From an uncultured Holophaga sp. (GTDB lineage: Bacteria; Acidobacteriota; Holophagae; Holophagales; Holophagaceae): a DNA stretch of 64,000 nucleotides. The position numbers and the translations under genes were made by a program. The DNA lies in NCBI GenBank assembly GCA_963664825.1, contig OY761614.1, forward strand, positions 2,752,001 through 2,816,000, given 5' to 3'. The stretch's first letter is position 1; every line of letters begins with the position of its first letter. Positions 30,146 through 40,201 of this stretch are shown here, piece after piece. Below the pieces are notes generated by a model. That model had not been told where the DNA came from, did not search any database, and saw only the letters and a program-made list of their open reading frames with translations.

Positions 30146-33016
30146 ATGCCTTATCAACCCACACTCACGAGCCTAGCTTGCCTCCTGCTCGGTGCCTCCC
30201 TGGCGGCCCAGGTGCCCCCCGGGCACCTCGATCCAGCCGATGCCATTCTGTTGCAACCCTTCCTGGGGAAGATCCCCTTGGCGGATTCACTCAATGCCTT
30301 TCCCGCTCCCGGAGGCGCCATGGTGCCTCTTGGGGAGTTGTGCAGCATGCTCGGCTTCGGAATTCAGGTAGTTGCTGAGAAGGGCCGTGCCGAAGGCTTC
30401 TTTGTCTCACCCAAGCGCCGTTTCCTGCTCGATCTCAACGCGGGGGTAGCCGAAGTGGAGGGACGGCGCCTGCCTCTGGGTTCACTGCTGGCGGTCCGGG
30501 AAGGTCAGGAGATCTTCGTCGATGCCCGGTTGCTCGCACTCTGGTTCCCCTTGAAGGTGGTTGTGAATACCAAGGCCGCTGTCTTGCGGCTTACCAGCAC
30601 TGAAAAATTGCCTGTGGAGGCGGAATGGGAGCGGGAGGGGAAAGCTGGCTACCTCGCCCAGAATCCCGGGGGCGCGAGTGATAGCCCGGTGGGCACCTTC
30701 AAGGACTTCCCATACAGTTTCCTCGATATGCCCTTCGCGGATGTTTCCACATCTTGGTCCAAGAGCCAGCATGGAGCCTCCGGTCCCCCGAGCATTTCGA
30801 CCAATTTGGCCGGGGATTTTCTCTGGATGAGTGCCAATTTCTACGCCGCCCGGGACAACAACGGCCAGATCAAGAATACGAGTCTCTCCCTCTTCCGGGA
30901 GGATCCCAATGCAGCACTGCTGGGCCCCCTGCATGCCACGCATGTGGAACTGGGGAACCTCATGCGTTCTGCCTCCCTCGAAATAGCCGGGGATTTGCCT
31001 CGGGGGCGAGGCCTCCTGGTGGATAACTACCCCATGAATTACCGATCCAAGTTCGCCAGCCGCACCTTCCAGGGTTACCTGCAGGAGGGCTGGTCTGTGG
31101 AGCTTTACCAAAACAAGGCTTTGTTGGGCTACCAGCGTTCCAGGCCCGATGGGCGCTATGAGTTCCCCGATACTCCGCTCCGTTTCGGCCTGAACCAGTT
31201 CAAGCTGGTCTTCCATGGTCCTTTCGGCCAGATCCGCGAAGAAAGCTACCGGGTGGAGATCTCCAGCGATCAGCCTCCACCAGGGGCCTTCTATTACCGC
31301 CTAGCGGGTTCGAGACCTAGCTCGGTCGATCAGACCTCAGGGGGACAGCCCGGTGCAACCCTGCCTGAGTCCAGAATCAATAGCATGGCCGAGATGGAGT
31401 ATGGCCTCACCCCCTACTTGGCGGCCAACGCAGCGGTTTCCAAAATCGCGGATTCGAACGATGTGCTGCACACCTACGATGTGGTCGGGCTTCGCAGCCT
31501 CTTCTCGTATCTCTCCCTCCAGGGCAATGCCGCCCAGGATGTGGTCCAGGGCCGTGCCTCGGGCGTGGCTGCCCAGGGCATCCTTCGAACCGGGTATGAG
31601 TACTCCAGCCTGACGCTGGAACGCTCCGAATACCGACGAGGCTTCGAGCAGATTGGTTACCAGGTTTACGGCGCAACGCCTCAGCATCTGCGCTCCGTCA
31701 CCATGCTCCAGTGGGATGGCAGTTGGACCATGCGGAAAACGCCCATCAATCTGGCCTTTTCGAGGCGGGATCTTCGCTACGCCGAAGGGGGCGGAAGTAC
31801 CACCGATACTCTTCGTAGCACCCTCACTTTCCCCGCCTTCGTTGTGGCTCCTTCCTTGAGTCGAACGGTGAATCTGGGGTGGAACGGCACCACTAATCTG
31901 AATGGGAATGTCTACGTCAGCTTCCGAAAAGGCGAATACGATCTGCAAGGACAGATGAACGCCACGCATTCCCAAGGCAAGACGGAACTCAGTGGCTGGA
32001 GCGCCGAAGCCAACCGGACCCTGCCTTCGGGCCTAGCTTTTCGTCTGGGCATTGGAGGGCGAGATCTGAAACCTCAAAATGTGGAAATCAAAGGAAATCT
32101 CAGCAAGCAGACTGGGGCCTTCGCTTATGGCGTTGATCTCCAGTTCGCGAAGGCCTCCGGCTATTCCCTGGGCTTTCGCATCCAGGCCTCCTTTGGCCGG
32201 GAACCTCGCACGGGGAAATGGGCCATGGATGGCCGTTCCATGGCGGGTCAGGGAGCCGTCTCCCTGGTCGCCTTCAAGGACAATAATGGCAACAAGGTCC
32301 TGGATCCGGGAGAACCCGTGCTCCCAGAGACGCAGTTCAAGGTGGGCACGGCGGCCATCGAGAACGCCATCCAGGATTCGAAGGTCGTGTTCCGGCCCCA
32401 ACTCTCCCGAGGCCAGGACACGCTGATCCGGGTGAACGAATCCAGTCTGGAGGATTCCTCTTTCCAGTCCACTGTGAAGGCTTATCGCATTCTGCCCAGA
32501 TCCGGAAAGGTCATGCGCCTCGATTTCCCAATCACGGTGTTCGGCGAGATCAATGGCACGACTCGCATCCGCCGCACCCAAAAGCCTGAGGAATTCGGGG
32601 GCCTCGAACTCGAACTCCTCCGGGCCAATGGCCAGCGGGTGAAGCTCTTCCGCAGTGCCTACGATGGTTTCTTCGAACTACGAGATTTGCCCATTGGAGA
32701 CTATGTGCTCCGGGTGAGCTCCCAAGAAATTGAACGTTTAAAGATCCAGGAACCCCCCGCCAGGAAATTCCATATCACGAATGAGAAGAGTCTTTTCGAG
32801 GGGCAGGACTTCATCGTCGAGGCTCCACAGCCCGCTCCGGATCCAACCCCCGCTGCGATGCCAACACCAACGGTCTCAGCGGACCCAGCCTCCGCGCCGT
32901 CTGCCCCCAAAATCGTTCTCAATCCGGTTCCCGCTTCAGCAACCGATTCAAGACCACGTACAACCCCGATGCCAAGCCCGACACCGGATTCACCCGCACC
33001 CGGAGGAAAACCATGA
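30146..33016 (+). CDS. Usher-like outer membrane protein
   Basis: Signal peptide, beta-rich body, GWSVELYQN...GRYEF plug-like motif, FKDNNGN..LD.GE, SAYDGFFELRDLPIGDYVL. Confidence 0.7.
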   Translation: MPYQPTLTSLACLLLGASLAAQVPPGHLDPADAILLQPFLGKIPLADSLNAFPAPGGAMVPLGELCSMLGFGIQVVAEKGRAEGFFVSPKRRFLLDLNAGVAEVEGRRLPLGSLLAVREGQEIFVDARLLALWFPLKVVVNTKAAVLRLTSTEKLPVEAEWEREGKAGYLAQNPGGASDSPVGTFKDFPYSFLDMPFADVSTSWSKSQHGASGPPSISTNLAGDFLWMSANFYAARDNNGQIKNTSLSLFREDPNAALLGPLHATHVELGNLMRSASLEIAGDLPRGRGLLVDNYPMNYRSKFASRTFQGYLQEGWSVELYQNKALLGYQRSRPDGRYEFPDTPLRFGLNQFKLVFHGPFGQIREESYRVEISSDQPPPGAFYYRLAGSRPSSVDQTSGGQPGATLPESRINSMAEMEYGLTPYLAANAAVSKIADSNDVLHTYDVVGLRSLFSYLSLQGNAAQDVVQGRASGVAAQGILRTGYEYSSLTLERSEYRRGFEQIGYQVYGATPQHLRSVTMLQWDGSWTMRKTPINLAFSRRDLRYAEGGGSTTDTLRSTLTFPAFVVAPSLSRTVNLGWNGTTNLNGNVYVSFRKGEYDLQGQMNATHSQGKTELSGWSAEANRTLPSGLAFRLGIGGRDLKPQNVEIKGNLSKQTGAFAYGVDLQFAKASGYSLGFRIQASFGREPRTGKWAMDGRSMAGQGAVSLVAFKDNNGNKVLDPGEPVLPETQFKVGTAAIENAIQDSKVVFRPQLSRGQDTLIRVNESSLEDSSFQSTVKAYRILPRSGKVMRLDFPITVFGEINGTTRIRRTQKPEEFGGLELELLRANGQRVKLFRSAYDGFFELRDLPIGDYVLRVSSQEIERLKIQEPPARKFHITNEKSLFEGQDFIVEAPQPAPDPTPAAMPTPTVSADPASAPSAPKIVLNPVPASATDSRPRTTPMPSPTPDSPAPGGKP

Positions 33017-33942
33017 ACCGATCGCTTCTGTTCCGGATCATGTTCGGCGCACTGGCCTGTGCACCCGCATTCCCTCAGGCCAAGATGCTCCCACCCGAAA
33101 TTCAGATCATCCAGTCTATGAACTTTGCTGGGTTGCTGGTGAGCCCCTTGGGGGGTAGCATCACCCTGACTTCGGATGGTGCGCTCATCCCCGATGGTGA
33201 TGGCATCGTGCCAAGTTCCCAATCGACCTGCACCGAGGCTAGGTTCCGGCTCACCGGGCCTCCGGGGGCCACGTTCACCCTCCAGGTGGAACCCTCAACC
33301 CCCGTTCTCGTGGCTGCTGGGCGCTCTATTCGCCTGGCAGAATTTCACGCTTCTCTGCCATGGGCGCGAGGCACGGAGTTGCGAGGAACCTTCGATGCCA
33401 CAGGACAGGCCGAAGTTAAGCTCGGGGGCCGCCTCGATATACCCGCCGGAACCCCTCCTGGGCTCTATCGCGCGGCTCAGGTGAAGCTCCAACTCCAGGT
33501 TCCCGGCAGAGATGCGGCGAACCTGCCCTTCTTGATTTCTGCCCTGTTGCGGGCACCTTTATTCCTGACCTCCACAGGCACCTTGGATTTTGGAAGCATC
33601 ATCCCTGGCGACCAGATCGGGCGTTTCGATGTTTTGCCCTCAGGAGGCCATCAATCCCAGACCTCTGGACCGAGCCTATTCAGGGGTCTGCCTGCTCCTG
33701 CTTCTTTCCAACTCGATGGGCCCGTCGGCACGAGCTATTCCATTCAGCTGCCCAAGGGTGTTCAACTGCTGGGCCGCGGTCAATCACTTCGAGTTGAGAA
33801 CTTCACATGCAGCACGCCAATGAGCGGAGTCTTGCCTCCAGGTGGCCTCCGGTTCGGAGTCGGTGCCGGACTAGTCGTTCCTCCTGATCAGGTGCCAGGG
33901 GTTTATCGTAGTGTCTTTACGGTGACGGTGAATTACCTGTAA
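33013..33942 (+). CDS. Tandem DUF4402-like minor pilin/adhesin
   Basis: Two repeats, each with MNFA/LDFG, A.F.L.G and VG..L...PG.Y motifs; ends FTVTVNYL. Confidence 0.7.
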   Translation: MNRSLLFRIMFGALACAPAFPQAKMLPPEIQIIQSMNFAGLLVSPLGGSITLTSDGALIPDGDGIVPSSQSTCTEARFRLTGPPGATFTLQVEPSTPVLVAAGRSIRLAEFHASLPWARGTELRGTFDATGQAEVKLGGRLDIPAGTPPGLYRAAQVKLQLQVPGRDAANLPFLISALLRAPLFLTSTGTLDFGSIIPGDQIGRFDVLPSGGHQSQTSGPSLFRGLPAPASFQLDGPVGTSYSIQLPKGVQLLGRGQSLRVENFTCSTPMSGVLPPGGLRFGVGAGLVVPPDQVPGVYRSVFTVTVNYL

Positions 33943-33979
33943 TAAGATCAGGGGCCTCCACGGAGGCCCCTGATCTTAT
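33942..33979. terminator. Bidirectional terminator
   Basis: Perfect 18-bp inverted repeat ATAAGATCAGGGGCCTCC-AC-GGAGGCCCCTGATCTTAT between convergent genes. Confidence 0.8.
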
Positions 33980-34005
33980 GGGGAACGATTCCAAATTGGG
34001 AACAG

Positions 34006-34587
34006 TTACTGGGTCGTGAGGGTGCCAATCTTGAGGTCTGGCAAGGGGCCGATTGTATTGGTGGTGCCGTGGCTCAGAATTTGAGATTTGGTCAGATCCG
34101 GGGTCAGGGTGATGACCGAGCCGATGGCTTGACCGGTTTCCAGATCCAGGGCGATCTGGAGCAGGGGGCCGTTCAGAGTCTTGGTGGAACCGACACCGCG
34201 CTCGGTCACCACTACTTGCAGGCAGCCGCCGCTGAGTTTGCCTTTCACGATGGCGTTGCTGGCGAAGACGTTGCCATTGGTCACCAGCGCGGTGCCAGAG
34301 ACATTGCCCCAGGTCGCCTTGGTCGTGTCCAGGTTCAGCGTAAGCACGACTCCGCTGCCCGTGACAGGGGTGACTGGGCCATAGAGGTCCAACACCAGGT
34401 GAGTGCCGGAAATACTGTTCTTCTTTAAACAGAAAGACGTAGCCGGGACGCCCGCAGGGTCGGTGTAGGCAATCACCGTAGCGATTGGCGTGGGAGGAGG
34501 TGTCGACTTGCTGCTGCCACCTCCGCAGGCTAGGAGATACAGCAAGGAGATCGAAGGAAAGGCGAGGATGCGAAGGCGCTGGGTCAT
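34006..34587 (-). CDS. Lipoprotein, possibly cohesin-like beta sandwich
   Basis: Lipobox LLAC followed by a GGGS/PT linker; all-beta pattern. Confidence 0.6.
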   Translation of the reverse strand: MTQRLRILAFPSISLLYLLACGGGSSKSTPPPTPIATVIAYTDPAGVPATSFCLKKNSISGTHLVLDLYGPVTPVTGSGVVLTLNLDTTKATWGNVSGTALVTNGNVFASNAIVKGKLSGGCLQVVVTERGVGSTKTLNGPLLQIALDLETGQAIGSVITLTPDLTKSQILSHGTTNTIGPLPDLKIGTLTTQ

Positions 34588-34598
34588 GGGTTTCTCGA

Positions 34599-37466
34599 TC
34601 AGAAGCCGAGGCTCTTGAGTAGCAGGTTGAGATCGGCTTCGCCGACGGTGGCATCTCCATTCAGGCGAGAACGGCTGGTCGTTGTGCCCCAGTCCAGCGC
34701 CAGGGTGAGGATATCCCTGAGATCGAAGACCGCATCCCCATTCACATCCAGCGTCTTGACTGTGAGGACCGAGGTGGCGGTCTTGGTGGGGTATAGAGAA
34801 TTGGTGAGGGTCACTGTGGCGCTGGTATCGGTGAGTTGATTGGCAAAGGGGGGGGCCGTGTATGTGTTACTGAGTCCTGAGTCGGCACTCAGTGAACCCG
34901 GGCCTGAAAGGCTCCATCGGATGGTTCCGTTGCTGGTGGTGCCCGCGAGGGCCAAGGCTGCACCGTAAACCAGGGTGGCGGTGGGATGATCCACAGAGAG
35001 GGCTATTGTGGTCGGCTCCACCAGGGTGAGCGTGGCCGTGCCTGGCACATTGGGAGTCTCCACGGGTGTGGCCGTCAGGGTATAGATCCCGGCCGTGTTG
35101 CTGGTCGTCAGTGTGGTTGCCACGCCACTGGCGGTCTGGGGAGCATTGAAACTGCCCCCGCCAGCGCTGATGGTCCAGTTGACCCTGTTATCACTCTGGA
35201 AGTTGGAAAGGGTCGCAGTGAAGGGCAGCAATGCGCCGATGAGGGCCGTGGTGCTCGCGGGCAGGATGGTGGCCGTGGTGTTTGTGGTCCAGGAAACGTT
35301 ATCCACCCAAGCGCCATCGTTATCGGGAGCGCTAGCAAGATCCTTGGCGTAAGTCCAACGAAGCAAATGCGAACCTGCAGGAATGTTAAAGGTCTGCTGG
35401 GCAAAGTCGATGGTACCGCTGATTTTTCCGATCAATCCTCCTCCATCGACATTTGCGCTCTTTCCATCCACGTTAAAGGTGAGAAAGTCATAGTCGAGTT
35501 CGGAGTTTACTTTCCAGTAGAACGTCAGGATGCCCGGTCCTGTGACTCGTGTCTGGAGGTAGGTGCGGCTGCTATTCGGAATGACCGCGCTCCGGGCGCA
35601 ACTGCCGCCCAGATGTGAGGTGCTGGTGGTGGCGGTCCAGGGGCCCAGACTCGTGAACGTAAGATTGGCATTATCCAGCACCGCACGATCGAAGACGGGC
35701 AGCGCAATAGCTAGCGGGGCACTGGAATCGGACCAAGCGCTCTCCATGGAAAGACCATTCAGAACCGTCACCCGAGCATAAAGGGGAACGCCATCCTGCA
35801 CGCCCAGATCGGTGAGAGTCTTGGTCAGCGCATTGAATATGCGGCCATTGAAAATATCGCAGCCACCCAGCGATGTGCCCACCTGAAGGTGGTAGCCGGA
35901 GATGCCGGAATCGAGATCTACCGCATTCCCTTGGTTCCAGGTGAAGGTCATGGTGTCTTGCACGGTGGAAGCCACGGGCGCACTGGGGCGTCCCGTTGGC
36001 GGCGTCGGGTCGATGATCTGGGAAACATCGAAGGTCATGGTTGCGCCCGGATCCGAGATATTCTTTACGCCCATCCCCGTTGAAGCGCCGTCGTAGCGCA
36101 TGCTGTTGGGCAGGCTTGCGGGGCCAAAGGTCTTGCCGTTGATCCAGTAATCCCCGGCATTGACGTCAGCGGACAATGTTTCGATTTCCTCCAGGCCATC
36201 GGCCTCCATGAGACGTAGCAGCTTGTGGGCCGTGTAGGAGTTGTCGAATTGATAATCTGTGCCCGCGCTATTCAACCGCGAATCCACATGCCAGATCAGC
36301 AGGCCATCCGCAGGGTATTCCCTACTGGGATCGTTATCGTTCTGCACGCGCTGGCGGTTCTGGACCATGAAGAATTCTCCGAAGCTGCCGCCCGGATTGG
36401 TATCCATGATGACGGCGGCCTCGGGGGTGCTTCCTGAGGCCTGCAATGTCACACCTGGGGCGCCAGCGGTATAGACCGTGGGGGTGATCCAGTCTAATAA
36501 CCATTTGCTGAAGCAGTTATGGTCTCCCCAGTTGCCATGCATCATGTCCAGGCTTCCCACACCTCCCCCAGGGCCGACGGCGGTGTCGTAATCGTAGTAG
36601 TCGGGTAGGCCCAAGGCATGGCCCGTCTCATGGATGAGTACCCAGGGATCAAAATTTGGTGCCTTCCGGGTGGGGTAGCCCGCGTTGGAGACCCACTGCC
36701 AGACGTATTTCCCGAGAGTCTTTCCATTCAGCACGGGAGATGGGGTTTCGCTCCAGGCTGTCTGGTAGGCCCACCAGAAGTTGGCCCACCCGTTGTCGGG
36801 GCCTGTCCAGAGCACGGCGAAGAAATCAATCACGCCATCTCCGTTGTTGTCGTAATGGCTAAAGTCGTGTCCCACCTGAGCCTGCAAAGCCTCCCGGATG
36901 AGGTTCTCGCGCTGGGCATCCGTGGGATTGGTGCCCATGCTGGCACGGGTGTAGGAGGGCCGGTAGTAGGCCAGTACGTTTCCCGTCAGGGTGAGCAGAC
37001 CGTAGGAGGACCGGTAGTAGAAGCTCTTCAGGCTCTCGTAGGGAGCCGCCTGCACGCCATCGCCATCTCCGAAGATCCGCGAATCAATAGTCGCCGCCGT
37101 ATTGGCGGGGTCCGCGGGGTAGTCACTGAAATCGATCAGGAGCACGAACATCTTCGGCGTGCCCTTGGTGGGCATGCCTCGCCAGCTGCTGGGAGGGGCC
37201 GACAGGATCGAGGCTTGGTTGGGTATTTGCACGCCCTGGCTGGTCGCGAGGCTGCGCAAGCGCCGCTCCGCATCCAGAACCAGCTGGGGATCCACCCGAT
37301 GGTTCCCGATCCGTTCGGCCCGTTCCAGCCGTTTCTTCCATGTGCCATCGGCCTTGTACTGCCGGACCATCTCGGGGGTGGGGGGTGGCATGGCGGGCAG
37401 CCGCTGACCCAGGAGAACCATGAGCATTACGCCCACACTGAATAGGAATGACTTGGTGAGTTCCAC
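34599..37466 (-). CDS. M6 family (immune inhibitor A-like) metalloprotease with Fn3/Ig-like modules and dockerin-like C-terminus
   Basis: VLLIDFSD, HYDNNGDGVID, HETGHALGLPDYY, SLDMM, FSKWLLDW, GLLIWHVD, LMEADG; GTG start with GGAG RBS and signal peptide. Confidence 0.88.
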   Translation of the reverse strand: MELTKSFLFSVGVMLMVLLGQRLPAMPPPTPEMVRQYKADGTWKKRLERAERIGNHRVDPQLVLDAERRLRSLATSQGVQIPNQASILSAPPSSWRGMPTKGTPKMFVLLIDFSDYPADPANTAATIDSRIFGDGDGVQAAPYESLKSFYYRSSYGLLTLTGNVLAYYRPSYTRASMGTNPTDAQRENLIREALQAQVGHDFSHYDNNGDGVIDFFAVLWTGPDNGWANFWWAYQTAWSETPSPVLNGKTLGKYVWQWVSNAGYPTRKAPNFDPWVLIHETGHALGLPDYYDYDTAVGPGGGVGSLDMMHGNWGDHNCFSKWLLDWITPTVYTAGAPGVTLQASGSTPEAAVIMDTNPGGSFGEFFMVQNRQRVQNDNDPSREYPADGLLIWHVDSRLNSAGTDYQFDNSYTAHKLLRLMEADGLEEIETLSADVNAGDYWINGKTFGPASLPNSMRYDGASTGMGVKNISDPGATMTFDVSQIIDPTPPTGRPSAPVASTVQDTMTFTWNQGNAVDLDSGISGYHLQVGTSLGGCDIFNGRIFNALTKTLTDLGVQDGVPLYARVTVLNGLSMESAWSDSSAPLAIALPVFDRAVLDNANLTFTSLGPWTATTSTSHLGGSCARSAVIPNSSRTYLQTRVTGPGILTFYWKVNSELDYDFLTFNVDGKSANVDGGGLIGKISGTIDFAQQTFNIPAGSHLLRWTYAKDLASAPDNDGAWVDNVSWTTNTTATILPASTTALIGALLPFTATLSNFQSDNRVNWTISAGGGSFNAPQTASGVATTLTTSNTAGIYTLTATPVETPNVPGTATLTLVEPTTIALSVDHPTATLVYGAALALAGTTSNGTIRWSLSGPGSLSADSGLSNTYTAPPFANQLTDTSATVTLTNSLYPTKTATSVLTVKTLDVNGDAVFDLRDILTLALDWGTTTSRSRLNGDATVGEADLNLLLKSLGF

Positions 37467-38013
37467 GGAGCATCTCCGAGAGGCTTGGGCAAGTGGGAAA
37501 CCAGGGGAGCGGAATGGGGTCGAGGGCCATTTCTGGGCATCCTCGGAGGGAATTTGCTTTTGCCCAGGGAACGATTTGGGCGACCCACGGGATTGGATGC
37601 CGACCCTAAGCATATGTGAAAAACCTAATCGTAAATACGAATTTCGACTGCCTAATTCCTAACTCAAGGAAGGATCTTGAAGGCCTTTCCCGTGGATCAG
37701 GATCATCCTCCGGATCGAAGCACCGTCTCGTGATCTAGGGCCCGGAGTCTTGTGTTCTTCAAGTCATTCACCGACACGGCCTTTCGGGGATCTTTTCCGC
37801 AATGGTCGCGGATAACGGCGCGGAGCTGGGGATAAGGTGGTGCGATTTCAAGTCGGAAGGACACTGCACAGTTGCGAGTGCAGTGCCATCCCCGCGACCA
37901 TCGGCTAGCGGCAGGTTCCAGGTAGGGCACGGAGGGCAGCGCCGAATGAGCCCCGCCTCTACCGTCAAAATGCGGCAAATGCAGCCCTAGTCAAACCGGC
38001 TACATAGGCATCG

Positions 38014-38047
38014 AAAAGCCCCGAAACCAAGCGGTGACGGGGCTTTT
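38014..38047 (-). terminator. Hairpin downstream of the displaced tRNA 3' fragment (likely original tRNA terminator)
   Basis: AAAAGCCCCG...CGGGGCTTTT. Confidence 0.65.
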
Positions 38048-38050
38048 GAT

Positions 38051-38099
38051 TGGAGCCAACTATAGGATTCGAACCTACGACCTTCTGATTACGAATCAG
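38051..38099 (-). repeat. att site: 49-bp copy of the tRNA-Thr 3' end
   Basis: Matches 45963-46011 with a single mismatch at 38084. Confidence 0.95.
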
Positions 38100-38260
38100 A
38101 AAGTCATGTTTCAATCATAATTGATAAAAGTTGAAAGTGTTGATACTGAAGATGTTATTTCGTTCAATATCGCAACTGTGTTCACCTTGGAACCGGTGGT
38201 TCCACCATGAAAGTGGAACCAGAGTAGAATTCAAAGTGGAACCAGGAGGCTGGAGGGGGC

Positions 38261-39562
38261 ATGAGAAAGTCCGACCAAGAACTGACCACGACCATCTGCG
38301 AACGGACCAAGGCGACGGCCAAAAAACAATCCCTCTGGGATTCGAAAACCACCGGTCTTTGCCTGGTCATCACACCGATGAGGGAAGAGAAACGGGGCGG
38401 GAAGACCGTGACCATCGGCGGGGCCAAGACGTGGTATTTCGTGGCGCGCCGTGCTGATAAGCAGCTCTGGGTGAGGATTGGGGGCTTTGTCCCGAGGGGT
38501 GAGGGCTGGACGCTGGCGAGAGCCAGAACAGAAGCGGATCGCCTGCGCCTCATCCATGACCAGGGGCATGACGTGAAGGCGGCGAAGGCGAAGGAACGCA
38601 CACTTCCCACGGTGGCCAAGCTTGTTGAGGAATATAAAGAGGAGCTGCTTGGCAAGCTCAAGCCCAAGTCCCAGAAATGCGCAGAGGGATACCTGACACG
38701 CGAAATCCTGTCTCGCTTCAAGAATCGGTTGGTGGCTGAAATCGGCGTGGCAGACCTTCAGAAGATGCATGATGAGATTGCCGGGGCAGGGAAGCCATAC
38801 GCCGCCAATCGTGTGATAGCCGCTATGAGCAGGCTCTTGAACGTCGCGGAGAAGAAGGGTTGGCGTTCGATGGGGACGAACCCCACGACGCACGTCGAAC
38901 GAAGTCCTGAAACGGCGAGAAAGACGGTTCTTGATGTTGAGGGCTACGCTGCCACGGAGGTGGCCCTGGTGAAGCTTTGTGCCAAACCAGGGAAGCTTGA
39001 AGGACGCCGCCCATTCCGTCCCGCCGCCGCTGATGCGATTCGCTTCCTTGCCCTGACAGGGCTACGGCTGAATGAAGCTCTGCACCTGACATGGGCCGAT
39101 GTGGATCTGGTGAAGGGTTTCATGGTCATCCGTGACCACAAGACGGTCAAACAGCATGGGGAACGAACCCTTCCGCTCAACTCTCACGCCCTGGCCATCG
39201 TGAAGGCGCGAGAGGGGAAGAGCGTTAGCCCTTACATCTTCTGGGGCAAGCCCAGCGCCAAACAGGTGTTCAAGCCCTTCGTGGGGCTCCAACATGCCTG
39301 GGAACGTGTTCGAGAAGAGGCGAAGCTAGGCGATCTTCGGCTTCACGACTTCCGCAGGAGCTTCAACAGCGTGGCCGCAGAGCTGGGATACCCCGCCGCT
39401 GTGTTTGATACCCTTCTGGGCCATGCTCTGCCTGGAGTCCAGCAGGTCTACACCCGCTTGAATGTGGCTGGCATCCTCGCCACTGCCTCTCAGGACGTGG
39501 GCGACTGGATCAAGGCCGCGATGGATGGGCAGGCGCCGAAGCTGGGAGAGAAGCGGGTCTGA
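38261..39562 (+). CDS. int: Tyrosine recombinase/integrase with N-terminal arm-binding domain
   Basis: LWD....GL, TLARAR, TGLRLNE, HKT, HDFRR, LLGH, QVY: catalytic set intact. Confidence 0.95.
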   Translation: MRKSDQELTTTICERTKATAKKQSLWDSKTTGLCLVITPMREEKRGGKTVTIGGAKTWYFVARRADKQLWVRIGGFVPRGEGWTLARARTEADRLRLIHDQGHDVKAAKAKERTLPTVAKLVEEYKEELLGKLKPKSQKCAEGYLTREILSRFKNRLVAEIGVADLQKMHDEIAGAGKPYAANRVIAAMSRLLNVAEKKGWRSMGTNPTTHVERSPETARKTVLDVEGYAATEVALVKLCAKPGKLEGRRPFRPAAADAIRFLALTGLRLNEALHLTWADVDLVKGFMVIRDHKTVKQHGERTLPLNSHALAIVKAREGKSVSPYIFWGKPSAKQVFKPFVGLQHAWERVREEAKLGDLRLHDFRRSFNSVAAELGYPAAVFDTLLGHALPGVQQVYTRLNVAGILATASQDVGDWIKAAMDGQAPKLGEKRV

Positions 39563-39689
39563 AGCCCAAGAAGGCACAAAGTAGGCCCCCATCCGACGAA
39601 GGACTGGGGGCCAATTTAGGGTTGTGATGAGAACCACGGAACCATAAGTTCAGAAAAACAGGATGGATGTGAATCACGCAAAAAAGCGC

Positions 39690-39718
39690 TTGCATCTATT
39701 CTTGATCGATCCTATCTT
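39690..39718 (+). promoter_or_regulatory. Putative sigma70 promoter
   Basis: TTGCAT-17 bp-TATCTT, 21 nt before the ATG at 39740. Confidence 0.45.
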
Positions 39719-39739
39719 TAGGTGTCGAGAAGGATTCGA

Positions 39740-40201
39740 ATGGGAAGGAAGAAGCTCGAAGAGGACCAAAAGAGGGTTTCTATTACGGTTCGTCTCCATC
39801 CAGAGGCACGAGAAATTGTAGAATCAATTTTGGATGCATTTAATAAAATAGCAATTGCATGCCCAGGACTACCATTGCTCTGGAAGGATTCACCCGCAGG
39901 GGAATGGCCTAATTCGAGATCCGATGCTGTAAATTGGTTATTGAGAAGAAGTGATCATACCGTTAATTGGATATTGAGACCACTAGCATCAGCCGCTATA
40001 GCTGGATTGGAAAATCAAAAAACTATCAAAATTATTAAAATATTAAAAGATGCTCTTGCTGATGGCAAAGACACTGAGCTTAAAACAATGGTTAACGCTG
40101 TAGAAATGTTCCTTGTGAATAAGGATGAAAACATAAGGGCAGACAAAGAACGGGTAAAGCAGTTGATAATAATATCAAAACAAGTTCAAGAGGAGACGTA
40201 A
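39740..40201 (+). CDS. Hypothetical AT-rich protein, possible ribbon-helix-helix regulator
   Basis: N-terminal GRKKL..KRVSITVRL.PE pattern; markedly AT-rich codons. Confidence 0.5.
   Translation: MGRKKLEEDQKRVSITVRLHPEAREIVESILDAFNKIAIACPGLPLLWKDSPAGEWPNSRSDAVNWLLRRSDHTVNWILRPLASAAIAGLENQKTIKIIKILKDALADGKDTELKTMVNAVEMFLVNKDENIRADKERVKQLIIISKQVQEET

Noticed and set aside
37886..37896. 11-nt minus-strand match to the CRISPR repeat core (CGCGGGGATGG)
   Set aside because: Lacks the 5' half of the repeat stem, lies outside the element, and is plausible by chance
38051..38099. Second tRNA gene
   Set aside because: Only the anticodon arm to CCA is present, with no D-arm or 5' acceptor strand; it is the att duplication
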